From the NCBI RefSeq assembly GCF_964355755.1, contig NC_092679.1:23357432-23421431 (forward strand): DNA of 64,000 nt, given 5' to 3'. The notes below the pieces were generated by a model that saw only the letters and a list, made by a program, of their open reading frames with translations, had not been told where the DNA came from and ran no database searches. Each line of letters begins with the position of its first letter. The stretch's first letter is position 1. This document shows, piece after piece, positions 1 to 11,939 of this stretch. A program made the position numbers and the translations under genes. This DNA is from Antedon mediterranea (taxonomy: Eukaryota; Animalia; Echinodermata).

Positions 1-1805
1 GACCATTATCCTACAGAGTAGCCTACACAGTACATTTTATGACCATTATCCTACAGAGTAGCCTACACAGTACATTTTATGACCATTATCCTACAGAGTA
101 GCCTACACAGTACATTTTATGTCCATTATCCTACAGAGTAGCCTACACAGTACATTTTATGACCATTATCCTACCTACACAGTACATTTTATGACCATTA
201 TCCTACAGAGTAGCCTACACAGTACATTTTATGACCATTATCCTACAGAGTAGCCTACACAGTACATTTTATGACCATTATCCTACAGAGTAGCCTACAC
301 AGTACATTTTATGTCCATTATCCTACAGAGTAGCCTACACAGTACATTTTATGACCATTATCCTACAGAGTAGCCTACACAGTACATTTTATGACCATTA
401 TCTTACAGAGTAGCCTACACAGTACATTTTATGACCATTATCCTACCTACACAGTACATTTTATGACCATTATCCTACAGAGTAGCCTACACAGTACATT
501 TTATGACCATTATCCTACAGAGTAGCCTACACAGTACATTTTATGACCATTATCCTACAGAGTAGCCTACACAGTACATTTTATGTCCATTATCCTACAG
601 AGTAGCCTACACAGTACATTTTATGACCATTATCCTACAGAGTAGCCTACACAGTACATTTTATGACCATTATCTTACAGAGTAGCCTACACAGTACATT
701 TTATGACCATTATCCTACAGAGTAGCCTACACAGTACATTTTATGACCATTATCCTACAGAGTAGCCTACACAGTACATTTTATGACCATTATCCTACAG
801 AGTAGCCTACAGAGTACATTTTATGACCATTATCCTACAGAGTAGCCCACACAGTACATTTTATGACCATTATCCTACAGAGTAGCCTACACAGTACATT
901 TTATGACCATTATCCTACAGAGTAGCCTACACAGTACATTTTATGACCATTATCTTACAGAGTAGCCTACACAGTACATTTTATGACCATTATCCTACAG
1001 AGTAGCCTACACAGTACATTTAATGACCATTATCCTACAGAGTAGCCTACACAGTACATTTTATGACCATTATCCTACAGAGTAGCCTACACAGTACATT
1101 TTATGACCATTATCCTACAGAGTAGCCTACACAGTACATTTTATGACCATTATCCTACAGAGTAGCCTACACAGTACATTTTATGACCAATATCCTACAG
1201 AGTAGCCTACACAGTACATTTTATGACCATTATCCTACAGAGTAGCCTACACAGTACATTTTATGACCATTATCCTACAGAGTAGCCTACACAGTACATT
1301 TTATGACCATTATCCTACAGAGTAGCCTACACAGTACATTTTATGACCATTATCCTACAGAGTAGCCTACACAGTACATTTTATGACCATTCGGCATTAT
1401 CCTACAGAGTAGCCTACACAGTACATTTTATGACCATTCGGCATTATCCTACAGAGTAGCCTACACAGTACATTTTATGACCATTCGGCATTCTCCTACA
1501 GAGTAGCCTCACAGTACATTTTATGACCCTTCGGCATTATCCTACAGAGTAGCCTACACAGTACATTTTATGACCATTCGGCATTATCCTACAGAGTAGC
1601 CTACACAGTACATTTTATGACCATTCGGCATTATCCTACAGAGTAGCCTCACAGTACATTTTATGACCATTCGGCATTATCTTACAGAGTAGCCTACACA
1701 ATACATTTTATGACCATTCGGCATTATCCTACAGAGTAGCCTACACAGTACATTTTATGACCATTCGGCATTATCCTACAGAGTAGCCTACACAATACAT
1801 TTTAT
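1..1805. repeat. Tandem satellite, 40-bp unit (GACCATTATCCTACAGAGTAGCCTACACAGTACATTTTAT) switching to a 47-bp unit from ~1385
   Basis: Period read directly from the sequence. The 47-bp variant carries an extra CGGCATT. The array runs off the left edge. Confidence 0.98.
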
Positions 1806-2324
1806 GCAATTATTATTATTTAGCAAACGTTGGAGGTTATACACACTGTTATACACACTGTTCAATGCAGTGACTGCCTAATAATATGAGACATTGCAAT
1901 GAAATAAACTTATACAAAGTTACTGCAGTAAAAAATGAATTTTACTGCAATATAGTACATTTTACATAATCTCTTGTTTTCTGCGGATTACAGTATGTAC
2001 TGAAAAAAATCGAGCACACATTTAAAATGATTCTATTTGTTGAACTGCACATGAAAAATGGAATGAATACACCCATAGTTACTTAATTTACAAAAGGTTA
2101 TACAGTACAGATACAATTTAATGTAATAGTAGGCCTAATAATAAATTATTGTTTTATCATGAATGTAGGCCTATAATTTAATACCAACTCGAATATATTA
2201 TTGATTTCATTTCATCCTTCTGAGGTATTGAATCTGTTTTTCTCTCACTTGTAACTTTTACATAATTTGCACAATCATTTTTTGAAAATAAATATATTAT
2301 TATTGCACGTACAACACATATTTG

Positions 2325-5300
2325 TTACGGTATGTTTATGATGTAGCAATAACCACCGTACATATTATTGCTACGAGTCGGATAACTCCATGAAATAATA
2401 CCTATTGTGTTTCCACAGTCAGGATGACTTTGTGTCATAGGATAAATAACCTCTCCGCTCTTGATCCATCCTGCACGGCACAAACTGTACCCTAACGTAT
2501 TTGCGAACTCTACCTGTGCCTTTGTGGCCAATACACCACCATGTCCAATACATCTCGCCTTGGCTTCTTGATACGTAAGGCTATATGGTTCGATTCCTTG
2601 CACATGTATGACTTCGTGATCAGGAAATGGATTCGGGAAGGTGAGATTCTCATCCGGGAAAGGAATATAACACATGGCAAAGAATTCTTTCATTGGGTAG
2701 TCAAACAGAATCCATCCAGGAAAGATCCAAGTATTCAACTGACCACCGTAACATGCATTGCCTGCTAATCCGTGCGACAGCCACGCTGTTACGCAAAGAC
2801 CAACATGCGTTGCGCTCACCTTGAACACTTCGAAAGGAGTAGCGAGTCTGCCACCAAAGATTTTACAACAAACATCAGATGCATTAGCGTTTAACTTCTT
2901 CGCGTTGTTGCCCGTAAGTCGAATGATTTGTTGACTTTCTGAAATGTGCTGTCGAACTTGACTATAGTTTGCGTAACAATAATAGCCACTATAATATGTC
3001 TTAGGCCTACAGGGAAACAGGTTACTTCGTTTATTTGGTTTCTTTAACACACATTTGTCCGTTGCCGTTTCTTCCGTGAAGGCGATCTCACCGCTGATAA
3101 GCCACCCTTCAATACAATTGTCCATTCGCGGTCCAAACGCATGATAAATATTCTCATACGTTGCCAGAGAACCCAAGTGGTCCTTACAGATACGTTGAGC
3201 CTCGTCGTAAGTAACATTGGTAGAAGCAACATGTACACCATCTGAAACAAGATTGGAGGTTGATCTTGTGCAAAATAGATATATTTTAGTATAAATTAGT
3301 GTCGACATAGTACAAACCACCTGAAAACATATTTGTCATATAGACAAGCATACTTCAATTCATCATTATTTTTCCGATTTTGAAGATTTATTAAAAAGAA
3401 TAACCTTATATTTTGTTTGTATCATGAATCATACGTGTGTGGCTGCCACGCGGCAGAAGTATCGACTAAAAAAGAGGCATACAGGCGATCGCGAACCGTA
3501 TTTATTTCAAATACAGCACCGCTGTCTAAATTGGCATGCATTTTTTGGGCAACTATATAAAGTTAAAATTGAGAGTGTTTGTACTTACATGTCTCGTACG
3601 CATTTAGTATCTAAACAAAGAAGACAACAGAATATAAGAAGCTAATTATAATCGCCTTGTATAAATAATGTTATGCTCAATCCTAATTTTAAAACTGATA
3701 CTTTTCCCACATGACCAATCATAATTGTTGGTGTCTCAATATTGATTAAAGCTCTGTCTACATTCAAACTAGTGTAATGTGCACAGATATGGTAGTGATA
3801 TGCCCAATGGACATCATCATGTCCATATAAAGGCACATCACGTTTTATTGTCACATTAAATTTGATAGTGTAGACAAAGCTTTAAAAAGACCTTCAATAC
3901 AAACTCGTAAAAGAACAAGTAGATAATTATATTCTGTTAAAAAATCGATATCAATGTACTCATTACACATTGTGAATATACTCATCAAATGATTCCAAAT
4001 TAAAAGGTTCATTCTTTAACAATATTGAGATGCAAATTAAACATATTTTGAACATTGATGAATATATCATTATCGGTGAGTTATGAAATTGTATTCAAGA
4101 TAAATTACTTTATCAAAAAACTAGCATAAGAGGCAAGCCATGATTCAACGTTTCGATCTTTTTGAGCTTGCCGCTCATTATTTGGGGTCAGTTTTATACT
4201 ATGTTATTAAAACTGATAAATCTGTATTAAAACATCTTAAAACAGTGAAACTAGTAGATAGTTGGAGATTTCTTAACAAAGTAAAATCGGCCAACCTTTT
4301 TTAAGCGTCTACATCACTGGTTTGTATCAAAAAGTTTGCATGATACAGGAAACATTGTCTCATGCGATATTAGACCATCTATTTCTAATGATCACCAAGG
4401 AGATTCCATTAAAATAAATATATTTAAAGATTCTCGTGGTTCAGGATTATGGAAATTAAATTCTAATTAGGCCTGCTTAAAAGACAGTTCTCAACAAATT
4501 TAATCAGATAATAGATGGTTGTTACACAGACTTTCTCTTTCCTTAAACCATATATACATTTGGGAAATAATCAAAGAATTTTTTAATAACTTGGGCAAAC
4601 TAAAATTAAAAAAAATCTTAATTTTAAACCTGCTTAGGAGGTAACTTTTAATGAATTGAATTTTTATGAAATAGACAGGATGATAATCAGGTGCCAGATG
4701 TTTAGAAATTATGCATGTTAAGTCTCAAGCGAAAATTCTAGCTTCTTGTCAATTTGGAAAAATTGCCTAATAATATCTTTTAAATTTTAAATGCAAAATT
4801 TAACAGAGCTGTTTGGCGGATCCAGGATAGTGAAATTGGGGTTGGGATTGGGTGTTTAGATATTAGGCAATCTAACAACATGGCGCTAAGATCGCCCTGC
4901 CAAGATAGGAACTTGTAACTTGTTGGATATAGTATGAACTCCCTCACGTTAAGCAGCGCATATGTGATTTAGAAATTTAGAAAATGACACTTGGAAAAGA
5001 GAAAACAGCACCCGATTTCTAAATACAGTGATTTGAACATTACTTTGGTAACTATAAAATGCGTTATAAAAAGTGTGTTTTTAGCCTATATTTTGTTATA
5101 ATAGTTTGCCAGGTTATGAACGCAAATGTTTACATTATTCTCACCTTTTCGTAGTATTCAAAGTTAGTGTCTTCTTTGAAAGATTCAATCTTGTCTCGTC
5201 GTCGTCGATTGCTCAACTGACATACTTTACTCTGTTTATTATAGTTGACAGATAAACACAAGATTTTCCTAGAACATGCCAACAAACATTGAAGACGGTT

Positions 5301-5432
5301 GATGGTTGTCAGTTCATAACTCCAGCCTTGAAGAGCACGTTGCGACACAACATTATACTGATGCACAAACGTCGCTGATAGTGAATTGCTACAAAATACG
5401 ACTACAACTGCGAGGAGGATGCTTGTATACAT
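2325..5432 (-). CDS. Secreted PAN/Apple + three Link (Xlink) module protein, paralog A (~408 aa, 3 exons)
   Basis: Exons 5432-5145 (signal peptide MYTSILLAVVVVFCSNSLS; PAN-like CLLACSRKILCLSVNYNKQSKVCQLS; donor GTGAGA), 3610-3589 (22 nt) and 3241-2325. Splice phases join in frame. Three Link-type repeats, the third near canonical (YSLTYQEAKARC..GGVLAT..Q...A...GYSLCRAGW...GEVIYPM....DCG...YGGYCY). Confidence 0.88.
3750..3881. mobile_element. Short MITE (AGCTCTGTCTACACTATCAAA TIR family)
   Basis: Terminal inverted repeats, and a core shared with at least 7 other copies or fragments in the window. Confidence 0.75.
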
Positions 5433-5479
5433 TATGACTTACTCTTCTGCGCGTTGAATGGGGATCTGAGCTAACTATT

Positions 5480-6060
5480 CTGCGCGCTCTGACAAAACTA
5501 ACAACGATATTCAAATAAAGTTAAATAAAAATTAATTATCGATTAATAAATTAAGATTAGAAACGCTCACCTGCGGCGTATAGGCCTACATTGAATGTTT
5601 GAAACTAACTGCGCGCTCTGACAAAAATAATAACGATATTAAAATAAAGTTAAATAAAAATTAATTATCGATTAATAAAGTAAGATCAGAAACGCTCACC
5701 TGCGGCGTATACATTAAATGTTTGAAACTAACTGCGCGCTCTGACAAAAATAACAACGATATTAAAATAAAGTTAAATAAAAATTAATTATCGATTAATA
5801 AAGTAAGATCAGAAACGCTCACCTGCGGCGTATACATTAAATGTTTGAAACTAACTGCGCGCTCTGACAAAAATAACAACGATATTCAAATAAAAATTCA
5901 ATAAACATTAAATATCGATTAATAAAGTAAGATCAGAAACCTCTTCGGCGTACAGTAATTACATTTTTGCAACATTAATGAAGATTTTCAAATAATAATT
6001 CAATAAAAATAAAATATCGATTAATAAAGTTATATCAGAAAAGTACAATACGTCCATAAA
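5480..6060. repeat. ~123-bp tandem repeat (about 4 copies plus a degenerate one) just upstream of the paralog A start codon
   Basis: CTGCGCGCTCTGACAAAA recurs at 5480, 5609, 5732 and 5855. Confidence 0.9.
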
Positions 6061-6527
6061 TTCGATTAATTTTTTTGTTATGCAAAGATTTACCGCGGTT
6101 TACTGAATTCCAAATGATGTGATTTATAAGCAATGTTAACTGTATTGATTTCCATATGTTTTCAAAATTGACATCAATCAATAAAATAATAAGAAAAACG
6201 AACATACATCATTTTTGCTTGTTAAAAGCATTGAGTACTTGACAATAATAGTACCATCTTGATTCAATTCAATAACAACTATGATAATGTCATGGTCTGA
6301 AATCGTGTCAACAATCAGGATTCATTATAAACAATGTAGAATTTGTTCCTATTCATGCGTTTCTATATTTATATATAAATTGTTTATATCTCATACCAAG
6401 CTACCTTCTTTGTTTCTGCTCTTATTCAGACTCCACCCTGCCTCCTTTTGTTGTATTTCTTTTATTCCTGTCCACCCAGGCAGCACTTGCCAGCTCTTAT
6501 ATTATGACGTTATCCAAATTCCTTCAC

Positions 6528-6569
6528 TTGCACTGATGAAGGGCTAGTGTTGCCCGAAAGCTCTGCTAA
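6528..6569 (+). ncRNA. Minimal type I hammerhead ribozyme motif in a Penelope-like terminal fragment (~6380-6690)
   Basis: GCA-CTGATGA-A-GGGC-tagtgtt-GCCC-GAAA-GC-TC-TGC: catalytic core boxes, stem II, palindromic AGCT stem III and a short stem I. A homologous copy lies at 24439-24605. Followed by (TA)n. Confidence 0.72.
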
Positions 6570-7615
6570 CTTTTCTGGTTGTTTTACTTTATCGTTTTGA
6601 TATAGCTTTTCGCATTTTTTGTATCTCCATTGAGATCCAGCCACTGATACCCACAGCATTGTCATTTTTTCAGTAATTTGTCTTTGGATTTATATATATA
6701 TATTAATTAGGACATCTGCATATCAAGCAGGCGGTCCGAGTTCGAGTCTCGGTTGGGGCGACTTTTTCTCATTCTCACAGATTTCCTCATCTTTATCGTT
6801 TCAAATTAATTAATTAAATTTCAGTATATCACCGGGCGGTTTAGAATTAATGTTCTTTGCCTGATTTGTTTATATATATATAATTATATATATTCAGGTT
6901 GAAATTATATATATATATATATGTCTATTGTATTCTAGTGCAACTGTTAATCAATATTGTTGATTTTATATTTATTTTGCATTTTGCATCAACTTTTTAA
7001 GAGCGATTTATTTATTTCTGTTTCGCAAGAATTGTTTACACAGATAAACATTTCTTTTTTTTTTCATTTTAATTATTGATATTTCTGCGTATTAAGTTTA
7101 ATTTAAGTTTAAAACATTTTAATTATCAAAGTTATTTACAACAGTATGCCTGCGTGCGTGATAATCTCATTTATGGGATATATCAATAATCTTCTAATGT
7201 AAAAGATTAAGAAAATCAAAATAGTATGGCGTGTTGAACGCGAATGATTAACAATAACGTCTTCCCCACTACACCTGTATAAACTCATTTGCATAACAAC
7301 GCACGGCATTCCAAACTATATGAGATATAAATTTTCTTCAAGCACGTACCGAAAAGAATTATTTAAATTCCTTGTTTCTGATAAAAATTGAGGGCGCTAA
7401 ACATAAAAGTTACGACATCAAAAATACAGTTGGTGAAAGCCACATAAAAACCAAAGATGTTAAATGTGCTTTCCTTGCCACAGCCTTTTGGGGTCATTTC
7501 CAGTACATCACAAGATGCATCGATGTTGTCGCCTCATGATGTGTGGTGGAAAGGGGGACGTATAATTATGTGAACCCCAAACATAGTAGCTCGAATAGCT
7601 TTAACTCTATTCCAC

Positions 7616-7687
7616 CGACCAGCGTGGAAATCGAACCCACGACATTCGTGTATTAATACGACGCTCAGTCACCTGAGCTAACCGGTC
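7616..7687 (-). pseudogene. tRNA-Ile(AAT)-like sequence (tRNA pseudogene or SINE head)
   Basis: Reverse complement is GACCGGTTAGCTCAGGTGACTGAGCGTCGTATTAATACACGAATGTCGTGGGTTCGATTTCCACGCTGGTCG. The acceptor stem and T arm pair and a B box is present. The D-loop GG and the anticodon arm are imperfect. Confidence 0.6.
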
Positions 7688-8308
7688 ATCTTGCTTTGAA
7701 CAAGGTTAATATGTATATTTAAGACGTAATGATGAATTACGTAATACACGTATAAATAGACTATCAGTAGTTCTGTCATGTATTTTGTGGCGTAACGGTT
7801 AACGCTCAGGTTTGTGTGCTCTTACCTATAGAGTGGGTTCGAACTTCTACGGATATTTTGTTTTTAAATGGAAAATTAATATTGATTGATTGATTGATTG
7901 ATTGATTTTGCAAACTAAAAGTGGGAAGCTGCTAGGTTTCCGTCCGGAAAATTGTTTCTATACAATTCTAATAAAGATTAAAAACATAACAATTTAACAG
8001 TGTGGCGTGTTGTTCGCGAATGACTAACAATATCATCTTCACTACACCTGCACAAACTAATTTGCATAACAACGCATGGAACACCAAACTGTTTAAAATA
8101 TAGAGCTGTAAGGAAATGACACCTATATTTTGAAACAAAATATATGACCGAGAATGACTAACAATAACATCTTCCCCACTACACATGTAAAAACTCATTT
8201 GCATAACAACGCACGGCATACCTAACAATATGAGATATACATTCTCTTTAAACAAACTAAATGTATTATTATTATTATTATTATTATTGCACGAACAGCA
8301 CATATATT

Positions 8309-11177
8309 TTACGGTATGTTTGAGACGTAGCAATAACCACCGTACTTCGTGCTACGGCTACGATAGCCCCAAGAATTAACGCCAATGTTTCCACAAACAG
8401 CAACATTTCTTGTCATAGGAACAATAACTTCTCCGCTCTTGATCCATCCTGCATGGCACAAACCGTACCCTAAACTATTCGCGAACTCTACCTGTGCCCT
8501 GGTGGCCAATACACCACCATGTCCAATGCATCTCGCCTTGGCTTCTTGATACGTAAGGCTATACCTTGCGATTCCTTGCACATGTATGACTTTGTGATTA
8601 GGAAATGGATTCGGGGAAGTGAGATTCTCATCCGGGAAAGGAATATAACACATGGCAAAGAATTTTTTCATTGGGTAATTAAAAAAAATACTTGGTGGAA
8701 AAACCCAAGAATTCAACTGACCACCTTGACATGCATTGCCTGCTAATCCGTGCGACAGCCACGCTGTTACGCAAAGACCAACGTGCGTTGCGTTTACGTA
8801 CGTGAACACTTCGAAAGGAGTAGCGAGTCTGCCACCAAAAATTTTACAACAAACATCAGACGCATTACCATTTAACTTCTCCGCATTTTTGCCCGTAAGT
8901 CGAATTATTTGTTGACTTTCTGAAATGTACTGCTGTCGATTTACAACTTGACTATAGTTTGCGTAGCAATAATACCCACTATAATATGTCTTACAGGGAA
9001 ACACGTTACTTCGTTCATTTGGTTTCTTCAACACACATTTGTCCGATACCTTTTTTTCAGTGAAGGCGATCTCACCGCTGATAAGCCACCCTTTAGTACA
9101 ATTGTCCATTCGCGGTCCAAACGCATAATAAATATTCTCATACGTTGCCAGAGAACCTAAGTGGTCTTTACAGATACTTTGAGCCTCGTCGTAAGTAACA
9201 TCGGTAGAAGCAACATGTACACCATCTAAAACAAGATTAAAGGTTGATATATGCTCGTTCATAACAGCAGCAAAACTATCTTTGACAGTAGAGGGTGTTT
9301 GAGGGGTAACATGTTAATCCTATTATAGCAAACAAAAAGGTTAAAGAGCATGAAAGAACAATATTACAAGAGCATTTGAAATTTTAAATTGTGAATCTAA
9401 CCGGTTTATTGCAAATAGATTAACGGTGAACCCTAAAAAAATAAACGAATTAGGCTTATATCATATTTACTAGTAGAAATGTGAAAATGTATACGCCAAA
9501 TTTAAATATTACTTTAATACTGATGTCACAATAGAACAAGTAAATCAAACAAAGTTTCTTGGTGTACATCTAATGATAACTTATCGTTTGCATATCTTGT
9601 AAATTCAATAAGAATGGCAATAAAATGAAACACCTACTCACATACGAAATCCTATTGAACATGAAACAATGGGTATAGGTAGGCCTATTGTATTTTTAAT
9701 CGGAAATGTAGGCAAAGAGGTGTGTCGGTATTGTAAATGAGATTTGAAACAGTGTGTAAAACAATTGGAAAGGTATTTTTAATCGGAAATGGAAACTAAA
9801 AGGTGATTAATAACATTATTCGAAGTCACCTTTAATATAATTCTTTTTTTTTTATGTTCACCGTTAATCTATTTGCAATAAACCGGTTAGAAAGACTACC
9901 ATTTCACAATTTAAAATTTCGAATGCTATTGTAATATCATTGTTCTTTCATGCTCTTGCTCTATTTTGTTTAATATAATAGGATTGTATCTTTATTTAAA
10001 TACATATTGAATGTATGATTAACAAATATAACCATAAGACAGATACTATATATGTATTATTCACTTAGGCCATGGAGGTATACAATATTTATACCTCCAT
10101 GCTTCCAGGCCTATTTCTTATTTAATCAATTCAATCAAAACTAATATGTTATGGTGGGCTAGACCTGCACGCCTTCTACTCACTCAAAATACAGCACCAT
10201 CGCGGTACCATCTCTAGATTAGCTGTACTTAAAAATATTTAAAGTTAAAATCGAGATGAAAATGTTTGTACTTACGTGTTTCGTACGAATTCAGTACCTA
10301 AACAAAAAAGACAATAGAACATAAGTTAATTATAATCACCTTGTATAAATATGCTCATTTAAACCTGCTTCTGAGCACATAAAGATTGAGGTATACTTCT
10401 CATGAGTTGAGGTACTTCTCAGGAAATATATATGTCCATGTGCCTGATGTTTAGAGATTATGAGTTTAGCTCCCATCCATGGAAAAATTCTAGCTGGCAA
10501 TTTGGCCAGAGGGAAATTAATTGTTTTGGATTGCATCAATAATGTTGTTGGTAGGATACTGTTTCCCAAATCCGAATTGTTTATTATAAAGAATATTGCG
10601 TCCAAATAATTAATGGAAGATGGTATATGAAATTGTATGGCGCAAAATGACATTTGGAAAAAAGAAAACCTCACCCGATTTTAAATACAGAAATATGAAA
10701 ATTTTACTAGGTCAATCCGACATAAATTGGGTTGGCCTATAGCAAAAGTGTTCTATTTGCGCAAACTTTTATCAGTTTTTTTTAAATGACTATATGCCTA
10801 AAATGCGTTATAAAAAGTGCGTTTCATACTTTGTTGTAATAGTTTGCCATTATTATGAACGCAAATGCAAAGCAAAATCTCACCTTTTCGTAGTATTCAA
10901 AGTTAGTGTCTTCTTTAAAAGATTCAATCACAAACATGTCTTGCCGTCGTCGATTGTTCAACTGACATACTTTACTCTGTTTATTATAGTTGACAGATAA
11001 ACAGAAGATTTTCCTAGAACATGCCAACAAACACTGAAGACGGTTGATGTTTGTCAGTTCATAACTCCAGCCTTGAAGAGCACGTTGCGAAACAACATTA
11101 TACTGATGCACAAACGTCGCTGATAGTGAATTGCTACAAAATACGACTACAACTGCGAGGAGGATGCTTGTATACAT
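8309..11177 (-). CDS. Secreted PAN/Apple + three Link module protein, paralog B (~410 aa, 3 exons)
   Basis: Exons 11177-10884, 10297-10276 (22 nt) and 9225-8309. Same architecture, splice sites and phases as paralog A, and high identity to it. Confidence 0.88.
9316..9985. mobile_element. Foldback/MITE-like element with ~120-bp imperfect inverted arms in intron 2 of paralog B
   Basis: 9316-9431 is the reverse complement of 9856-9985 (e.g. CTAACCGGTTTATTGCAAATAGATTAACGGTGAAC / GTTCACCGTTAATCTATTTGCAATAAACCGGTTAG). Absent from the paralog A intron. Confidence 0.7.
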
Positions 11178-11819
11178 TATGACTTACTCGTCTGCGTATT
11201 GAATACAGTGATCTGAGCTTTGCACGTCGAGCACGTTAACTTTAACGCATACCAAACATGTAACGCGCAGTCTCTGCCCACTTTGTAAATAAATCGATCT
11301 GCGCGAAACATGGAAGAATTATAAAATTTCTGGTAGAACATATTGATAAATTTAAAGTTATATTTTTAATTAAGCCCCACAAAATATGAAGCTTTTCCGC
11401 ACTTAACTGCAACTAACTGCCACTCTGACAAAAAAGAACGATATTAAAAAATCAATTAATAAAGTTAGATTAGAAATTAAAAAACTATAATACGTCCATA
11501 AATTACCAAAACTATCCTTACTAATATAATTCCATGTTATCATTCTAATTATCTTGTTTTCAAACTTTTGTGTTTTTCTTATTAATATCATCCATTTTTG
11601 TCTTGGTGAAAAGGAAGGATATTTTATATTCTTCCCTCAGTTTATAGCCTTTCTACCGAACACGAACAAGAACAATGACCATTGTATATGTACGATGTTT
11701 ATTGTCTTTTTATTACCATGTTGTTATGTATATATTTTAATTAATTATATCTTTAAAATTAAAGGCAAATGAAGGTTGATGTCGAGTAGGCCCCTATGTA
11801 TAAGCACCTTTATTTATAA

Positions 11820-11939
11820 AGCTCTGTTTACACTATCAAACTTTATGCGACAAAAAATGTGATGTAAACATATTTGAGTACAGTATATCACTACCATATT
11901 TGGGCACATCACACTTTTTTCTGATAGGTAGACAGAGCT
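11820..11939. mobile_element. Short MITE (AGCTCTGTCTACAC family)
   Basis: Degenerate TIRs and the shared core ATATCACTACCATATTTGGGCACATCAC. Confidence 0.7.

Noticed and set aside
1-1805. CRISPR-like appearance of this and other arrays (33310-34965, 45230-46345)
   Set aside because: Units are contiguous with no unique spacers, there are no cas genes, and the context is eukaryotic.
2541-2768. Plus-strand 75-aa ORF conserved in both paralogs (also 8519-8746)
   Set aside because: It is antisense to the Link exon, and its conservation is explained by the recent duplication.
3242-3320. Track start codons for the Link ORFs (3320 and 9262) as independent genes
   Set aside because: Paralog similarity stops ~30 nt upstream of a shared acceptor and these extensions lack signal peptides, so they are most likely intronic.
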